From: Chloroflexia bacterium
Lineage (GTDB): Bacteria > Chloroflexota > Chloroflexia > DTKN01
Direction of reading: 5' to 3'
NCBI GenBank assembly: GCA_036172265.1
Contig: JASFBA010000021.1
Coordinates: 4,158 to 68,157 of the forward strand
Length of the DNA: 64,000 bases
Part shown: piece by piece, positions 59,421 through 64,000 of the stretch
How the letters are laid out: the number at the start of each line of letters is the position of its first letter
Position numbering within the stretch: the first letter of the stretch is position 1
Made by a program: the position numbers and the translations under genes
Notes under the pieces: generated by a model
Database searches by the model: none
What the model was told of the DNA's origin: nothing
Seen by the model: the letters and a program-made list of their open reading frames with translations, nothing else

Positions 59421-60383
59421 CTAAATCGCCGATCGACCCAAGCGATCGGTTTCCTCCAGGACCTCGCGGGCCCGGGCAGCGTCGCGCTCCATCTGAGCAA
59501 TGAGTTCGGCTGGACCGGGGAAGGTTTGTTCCGGACGTAGACGTTCCACAAAGTCGGCCCGCAACTCGCAGCCCAGAAGGTTTCCGGAAAAGTCCAGGAG
59601 GTGCACCTCCACCGCCCGCCGGCCGGGGCCGAAGGTCGGCCGGCGGCCGATGTAAGCCAGACCGGGGTAGAGCGACGGCCGGTCCCAGACCGGGGGAAGG
59701 CACACCCAGACGGCATAGACGCCATCGGCGGGGAGCAACTGGCGGGGATGGAGATGCAAATTGGCGGTGGGAAAGCCCAGTTGACGCCCACGGCCGGCCC
59801 CGGAGATCACCTCTCCACGCAGGGAGAAGCGCCGTCCCAGCCAGCGGCTGGCCTCGGCCACCTGGCCGGCCAAGACGAGCGCCCGAATGTGGGTACTGCT
59901 GACCACCCGCCCGTCCAGGCAGACAGGCGGGGCCGGGCGGAGGACAAAACCCAGATCCCGGCCCAGGCGCTGGAGCAACCCCACATCCCCCTGACGGTCT
60001 TTGCCCAGACCAAAATCCGTCCCGACGTGCAGTTCCAGAAGGGGGATGCGGCCGGCCAGTTCCCGAACAAAGGCCTCGGCCGGCGTAGCCGCCAGTTCCG
60101 GGGTAAAGCGAAGCACTATCAGGAGGTCCACCCCCAGTTCGGCGATGCGGGCGATGCGCTCCTCCAGAGAGCAGAGGTAGCCCCAGTGGGAATGTGGGGC
60201 AACGATGGAACGGGGGTGGGGGTGAAAGGTTAGCACCGCCGCCCGAGCCTCCAGCGCCCGGGCCCGCTCCACCACCCCCCGGATCAGGGCCTGATGGCCC
60301 AGGTGGACCCCGTCGAACACCCCGATGGTGAGGACGACGCCTGCTTCACGCGGAAGTTCGACCCAGCCCTGTACGACCTCCAT
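59421..60383 (-). CDS. ribF: Bifunctional riboflavin kinase / FMN adenylyltransferase
   Basis: N-terminal FAD-synthetase motif GVFDGVHLGHQALI. C-terminal riboflavin kinase (GRQLGFPTANL...EVHLLDF). The ATG at 60383 avoids a 30-nt overlap with truB that the GTG at 60419 would create. Confidence 0.85.
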   Translation of the reverse strand: MEVVQGWVELPREAGVVLTIGVFDGVHLGHQALIRGVVERARALEARAAVLTFHPHPRSIVAPHSHWGYLCSLEERIARIAELGVDLLIVLRFTPELAATPAEAFVRELAGRIPLLELHVGTDFGLGKDRQGDVGLLQRLGRDLGFVLRPAPPVCLDGRVVSSTHIRALVLAGQVAEASRWLGRRFSLRGEVISGAGRGRQLGFPTANLHLHPRQLLPADGVYAVWVCLPPVWDRPSLYPGLAYIGRRPTFGPGRRAVEVHLLDFSGNLLGCELRADFVERLRPEQTFPGPAELIAQMERDAARAREVLEETDRLGRSAI

Positions 60384-60388
60384 CGTCG

Positions 60389-61282
60389 TCACTCCGGAAA
60401 GACGCGGAAAGGCCGCCACAGGCCGCTTTCCTCCCGGCGCAGGAGGGCGAGGATTCGGCCGGCCGGGCTATGGGCCCGGACCCGTTCCGCCCCTTTCCCC
60501 TCGACCTCCAGGGCCAGCGGCCGGCCGCTCAAAAGCGCCGGCAGAAGGTTTTCCTCCACCACCACGGCCGGCCAGTGCCGTACCGGGGTATCCATCGGCA
60601 GAAGCGCCTCTTGCACCCTTCCCTGGGCGGCCAAGGCGGCCAGTTCCTCCGGTCCCAACGCCTCTTCCAGGCGGAAAGGACCGACCTGAAGCCGCACCAG
60701 CCGGTGGAGATGGGCCCCACACCCCAGGCGTTCCCCCAGGTCGCGGGCCAGGGAACGGATATATGTGCCGCTGCCGCAGGCTATCTCCAGAGTCAGATGG
60801 GGAGGCTCCCAGGAAAGCAGTTCCAGGCGGAAGATGTGCACCCGACGCGGTAACGCGTATACCTCTTCCCCGGCCCGAGCCCGCTCGTAGAGCCGTCGGC
60901 CGCTCTGCCGGACGGCCGAAAAGGGCGGCGGCACCTGTTCGATTTCGCCCCGAAAGGAAGAAAGCGCCTCCTCCAGTTCCCGACGCTCCAGCGGGGGAAG
61001 AGGCTGAATGGACATAACCTCCCCCTCAGCGTCATAGGTCGTCGTGCTGATCCCCAGGAGAATCGTCGCCCGGTAAAGTTTTTCTCCCTCCTGCAGGAAG
61101 GGAAGCAGTCGCGTGGCCCGGCCGAGGGCGATCGGCAGGACTCCTTCGGCCAGGGGATCCAGGGTGCCGCCATGCCCCACCCGGTGGATGTGAAGGAGTC
61201 GCCGTACCTGTTTGACCATATCGTGGGAAGTGGGGCCGGCCGGCTTATTCAGGTTGAAAAAGCCCTCCATCGCCTCATTCAT
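60389..61282 (-). CDS. truB: tRNA pseudouridine(55) synthase
   Basis: FNLNKPAGPTSHDMVKQVRRLL...GHGGTLDPLAEGVLPIALG (catalytic Asp) and a PUA-like C-terminus. ATGAATGA overlap with the rbfA stop. Confidence 0.9.
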   Translation of the reverse strand: MNEAMEGFFNLNKPAGPTSHDMVKQVRRLLHIHRVGHGGTLDPLAEGVLPIALGRATRLLPFLQEGEKLYRATILLGISTTTYDAEGEVMSIQPLPPLERRELEEALSSFRGEIEQVPPPFSAVRQSGRRLYERARAGEEVYALPRRVHIFRLELLSWEPPHLTLEIACGSGTYIRSLARDLGERLGCGAHLHRLVRLQVGPFRLEEALGPEELAALAAQGRVQEALLPMDTPVRHWPAVVVEENLLPALLSGRPLALEVEGKGAERVRAHSPAGRILALLRREESGLWRPFRVFPE

Positions 61283-61625
61283 CGGGGGACCGGGCCTGGC
61301 GCAGCAGGTCAGAGATGCGCTGGGCTCGCTCGCCGGAACGGTCCAGGATAAAGTGCAGCTCGGGCACTTGGCGAAGGGTTAGCCTCCGGCCGAGTTCGTG
61401 GCGCAGGAAACCTGCCGCCCGCTCCAGCGCATCCTGCGATTGACGCACAGCCTCCTCATCCCCCAGCACGCTGAAGTATACCCTGGCGTGGCGCAGGTCC
61501 GGAGAAAGTTCGACCCCGGTCAGGGTGACAAAACCCATCCCGGGATCCTTGACCTCGCGCTCCAGAAGGTGGCTCAGTTCCTCTTGGAGCAAGTCGGCGA
61601 CCTGCTCCAGGCGTCGGGAAGGCAT
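61275..61625 (-). CDS. rbfA: Ribosome-binding factor A
   Basis: RLEQVADLLQEELSHLLEREVKDPGMGFVTLTGVELSPDLRHARVYFSVLG (KH-like RbfA fold signature). Confidence 0.9.
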   Translation of the reverse strand: MPSRRLEQVADLLQEELSHLLEREVKDPGMGFVTLTGVELSPDLRHARVYFSVLGDEEAVRQSQDALERAAGFLRHELGRRLTLRQVPELHFILDRSGERAQRISDLLRQARSPDE

Positions 61626-61675
61626 AGGGCGCTCCGAGGTTGGTAAATTGGTAATGGTAAAGAAATACGAGAGAT

Positions 61676-63577
61676 TTACTGGGGTTGCACTTCTTCGGTG
61701 TGGTAGAACTCCAGCAGGTCTCCGATCTGGAAGTCGCTAAAGTTCTCCAACCCCAAGCCGCATTCGTAGCCGGCAGCCACCTCGCGCACGTCGTCCTTGA
61801 AGCGCTTCAGGGAAGCGATGGGGCCGTCGTGCACGACCACGCCGCCGCGCAAGACGCGGGCCCGATCATTCCGCAGGACCTTGCCCTCGGTTACGTAGAG
61901 GCCGGCCACGACGACCTTGCCGGGCAGGCGAAAGACCTGACGGACCTCGGCCATGCCATCCACCACCTCGCGGGTTTTGGGGGCGAGCATCCCCTGCATC
62001 GCCCTTTCCACGTCGTCCACCAGTTCGTAGATGATGTTGTAGAAGCGGATATCCACCCCCTCGCGCTCGGCCGCCCGACGGGCTGCCGCATCGGGCCGGG
62101 CGTTGAAGCCGACAACCAGCGCCCGCGAGGCCAAGGCCAGCATCACATCCGATTCGGTGATGGCCCCGGTAGCCTTGTGCAGGATTTTGACCTGGACCTC
62201 GCCCCCCTTTTCGTTCAATTTGGCCAGGGCGTGCTCGATAGCACCGATAGAACCCTGCACATCGGCCTTCAGGATGATGTTCAGTTCCTTGACTTCCCCC
62301 TGGCGAATCTCTTCCAGGAGTTCTTCCAGCGAGGAGGCTCGCCGTGCCCGCACCCGTTCCATCTCGTGCTGTTGTTTGCGGGCTAGAGCGGTTTCCCGGG
62401 CAGCACGTTCATCAGGCACGACCTGTAAAGTATCGCCGGCCGCCGGAACGTCGTTCAACCCCATCACCACCACCGGCATGGCCGGCTCGGCCCGTTTGAC
62501 CCGCCGGCCGGTGTCGGTCATCATGGCCCGGACCTTGCCATAGGTCTCGCCAGCCACGACATAGTCCTTCAGTCGGAGCGAACCCTCCTTCACCAGGACG
62601 GTAGCGATCGGACCCCGGGCGCGGTCCAGTTCGGCCTCAATGACCGTCCCCTTGGCCGGCTTGTTCGGGTTGGCCTTGAGTTCCTGAAGTTCGGCCACCA
62701 GGAGGATCATATCCAGGAGGTCGTCGATGTGCAGTTTCATCTTGGCCGAGACCTCGACGCAAGGGACTTCTCCGCCGAATTCCTCCACGATCACGCCGGC
62801 CTGGGCCAGTTGCTGCTTGACCAGAGCCGGGTTGGCCTCCGGCTTGTCGATCTTGTTGATGGCGACGATCATCGGCACGCCGGCCGCCCGCACGTGGGAA
62901 ATGGCCTCCAAGGTCTGCGGCTGCACGCCGTCGTCGGCGGCCACCACCAGGACGACGATGTCGGTGACCTGGGCCCCCCGCGCCCGCATGGCGGTAAAGG
63001 CCTCGTGGCCGGGCGTGTCCAGGAAGGTGATGCGCTTTCCCTTGACCTCGATCTGGTAGGCCCCGATGTGCTGGGTGATGCCGCCGACCTCCCCTTCGGC
63101 GACGTTGGTCTGGCGGATGGCGTCCAGCAACTTGGTCTTGCCGTGGTCTACATGGCCCATAATCGTTACCACCGGCGGGCGTGGCACGGCCTCCAGGTCC
63201 TCCTCGGGAGCGGCCTCGGCCGGGGCGACCTCGGCCGGGGCGGCCGGCACCTCCTCCTTTACCTCAAAGCCCAGGTCCGTGGCTACGATGGCCGCCGTAT
63301 CGTGGTCGATCTGCTGGTTGATGGTGGCCATCACGCCGTTTTTCATCAGCGTCTTGATGATCTCCACGGCGCTGAGGCCGAGCAGGCTGCTCAGTTCTTT
63401 CACCGTCAGAGTGGGGGGAATCTCCACGACTTTGGGCTGAGGACGGTAGGAAGGAGCAATGCGGACGGCAGGAGCCTGAACCCGAAGCGGGGCCCGGGTT
63501 TTCTTCTTCCGCTGCCCGCGGAGTTCCTCCAAGACCTCCTCTTCTTCCGTTATCTCCGGCTGTCTCCGTTTCGGCAT
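61676..63577 (-). CDS. infB: Translation initiation factor IF-2
   Basis: G domain [16 protein letters not shown]...DTPGHEAF...NKID. C-terminal beta-barrel domains. 633 aa. Confidence 0.95.
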   Translation of the reverse strand: MPKRRQPEITEEEEVLEELRGQRKKKTRAPLRVQAPAVRIAPSYRPQPKVVEIPPTLTVKELSSLLGLSAVEIIKTLMKNGVMATINQQIDHDTAAIVATDLGFEVKEEVPAAPAEVAPAEAAPEEDLEAVPRPPVVTIMGHVDHGKTKLLDAIRQTNVAEGEVGGITQHIGAYQIEVKGKRITFLDTPGHEAFTAMRARGAQVTDIVVLVVAADDGVQPQTLEAISHVRAAGVPMIVAINKIDKPEANPALVKQQLAQAGVIVEEFGGEVPCVEVSAKMKLHIDDLLDMILLVAELQELKANPNKPAKGTVIEAELDRARGPIATVLVKEGSLRLKDYVVAGETYGKVRAMMTDTGRRVKRAEPAMPVVVMGLNDVPAAGDTLQVVPDERAARETALARKQQHEMERVRARRASSLEELLEEIRQGEVKELNIILKADVQGSIGAIEHALAKLNEKGGEVQVKILHKATGAITESDVMLALASRALVVGFNARPDAAARRAAEREGVDIRFYNIIYELVDDVERAMQGMLAPKTREVVDGMAEVRQVFRLPGKVVVAGLYVTEGKVLRNDRARVLRGGVVVHDGPIASLKRFKDDVREVAAGYECGLGLENFSDFQIGDLLEFYHTEEVQPQ

Positions 63578-63592
63578 ATCTCCTCCTGCACT

Positions 63593-63946
63593 TTACCCGG
63601 AGCCTAGAGGTCTTTCCGCGTGGGAAAGCCCCGGCCGTTCTACCGCTTCGGCGTCTCCCTCGGCCGGAAGCGATCGGGCATACTGCCGCAGCCGTTCGGC
63701 CTCCTCCGAGGTCAGCACGACCCGGAGAGCCCGGTTCAGGGCACGCCGCCGAAGGGCCTCTTCCCAGCAGGCTGACCTGGGGCAGATGTATGCTCCACGG
63801 CCAGGCTTCTTGCCGGTGAGGTCCACCTCCACCTGACCCTCCGGCGTGCGCACCAGGCGGACGAGCCCACGTTTGGCCTCCCGTCGGCGGCAGGCGATGC
63901 AAGTACGCTCCGGGATATGGCGTGGCCGGCCCTTACTCTTCTTCAC
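63593..63946 (-). CDS. ylxR: YlxR/RnpM-like (DUF448) protein
   Basis: ERTCIACRR...KRGLVRLVR...GRGAYICP motif. The GTG at 63946 has a strong [10 protein letters not shown] 4 nt upstream. The ORF-track TTG 63973 is an alternative and the frame is open to the window end. Confidence 0.6.
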   Translation of the reverse strand: MKKSKGRPRHIPERTCIACRRREAKRGLVRLVRTPEGQVEVDLTGKKPGRGAYICPRSACWEEALRRRALNRALRVVLTSEEAERLRQYARSLPAEGDAEAVERPGLSHAERPLGSG

Positions 63947-64000
63947 CTGTCTCCTCCCGATGGAAGAGAGCAATGGGTTCCCCTTCCTGGTAGACGGCCA
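63933..64000 (-). CDS. nusA: Probable 3' end of nusA (partial, runs off window)
   Basis: Minus-strand frame gives ...AVYQEGEPIALFHREETGEEE* ending with TAA at 63933..63935. Position upstream of ylxR-infB matches the conserved nusA-ylxR-infB-rbfA-truB-ribF order. Only 22 codons are visible. Confidence 0.3.
   Translation of the reverse strand, partial: AVYQEGEPIALFHREETGEEE

Overview
This is a high-GC (~65-70%) bacterial chromosomal segment. It is mostly dense housekeeping genes, with several accessory or structured islands. Gene content and style (alpha2-type GlyRS, giant secreted PKD/DUF11 proteins) suggest a Chloroflexota-like organism, but that is inference only.

Housekeeping genes I can support:
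- KH-domain protein / rimM / dprA, then manC-like, topA, thrC, polA.
- udk and prfB (with the classic +1 programmed frameshift).
- pdxS-pdxT, tig-clpP-clpX, smc.
- glmS with a yvcK/glmR-like partner.
- xerD-like recombinase, glyQS, deoC.
- ylxR-infB-rbfA-truB-ribF, with a nusA 3' end at the window edge.
- A SERCA-type P-type ATPase, and one tRNA-Cys(GCA) with a textbook sigma70 promoter and a bidirectional terminator.

Less ordinary content:
- A secreted PKD/Big/cohesin-like protein with a C-terminal metzincin-like HExxHxxGxxD domain, split by an in-frame TAG inside a PKD motif.
- A 1383-aa secreted LTD/DUF11/PKD protein and a small PKD-module paralog that share a C-terminal ...IYLPL(T/V)L(K/R) tail.
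- A 2.9-copy tandem array of a 93-95 bp hairpin-containing unit downstream of smc.
- Heptamer-repeat elements downstream of dprA and topA, the second flanked by 11-bp inverted repeats.
- Two dispersed families of GC-rich hairpins (GGGGCGAC.../GTCGCCCC and TAGGCGAAGGC.../GCCTTCGCCTA) that double as terminators.
- An MNT/HEPN toxin-antitoxin pair and a translationally coupled VWA/FHA-zinc-ribbon pair.
- A pdxS-pdxT-(GNAT-like)-(R3H AAA ATPase)-(DarA-like PII) operon.

No CRISPR array, rRNA or obvious transposase was found. Many long antisense ORFs in the ORF track are high-GC artefacts.
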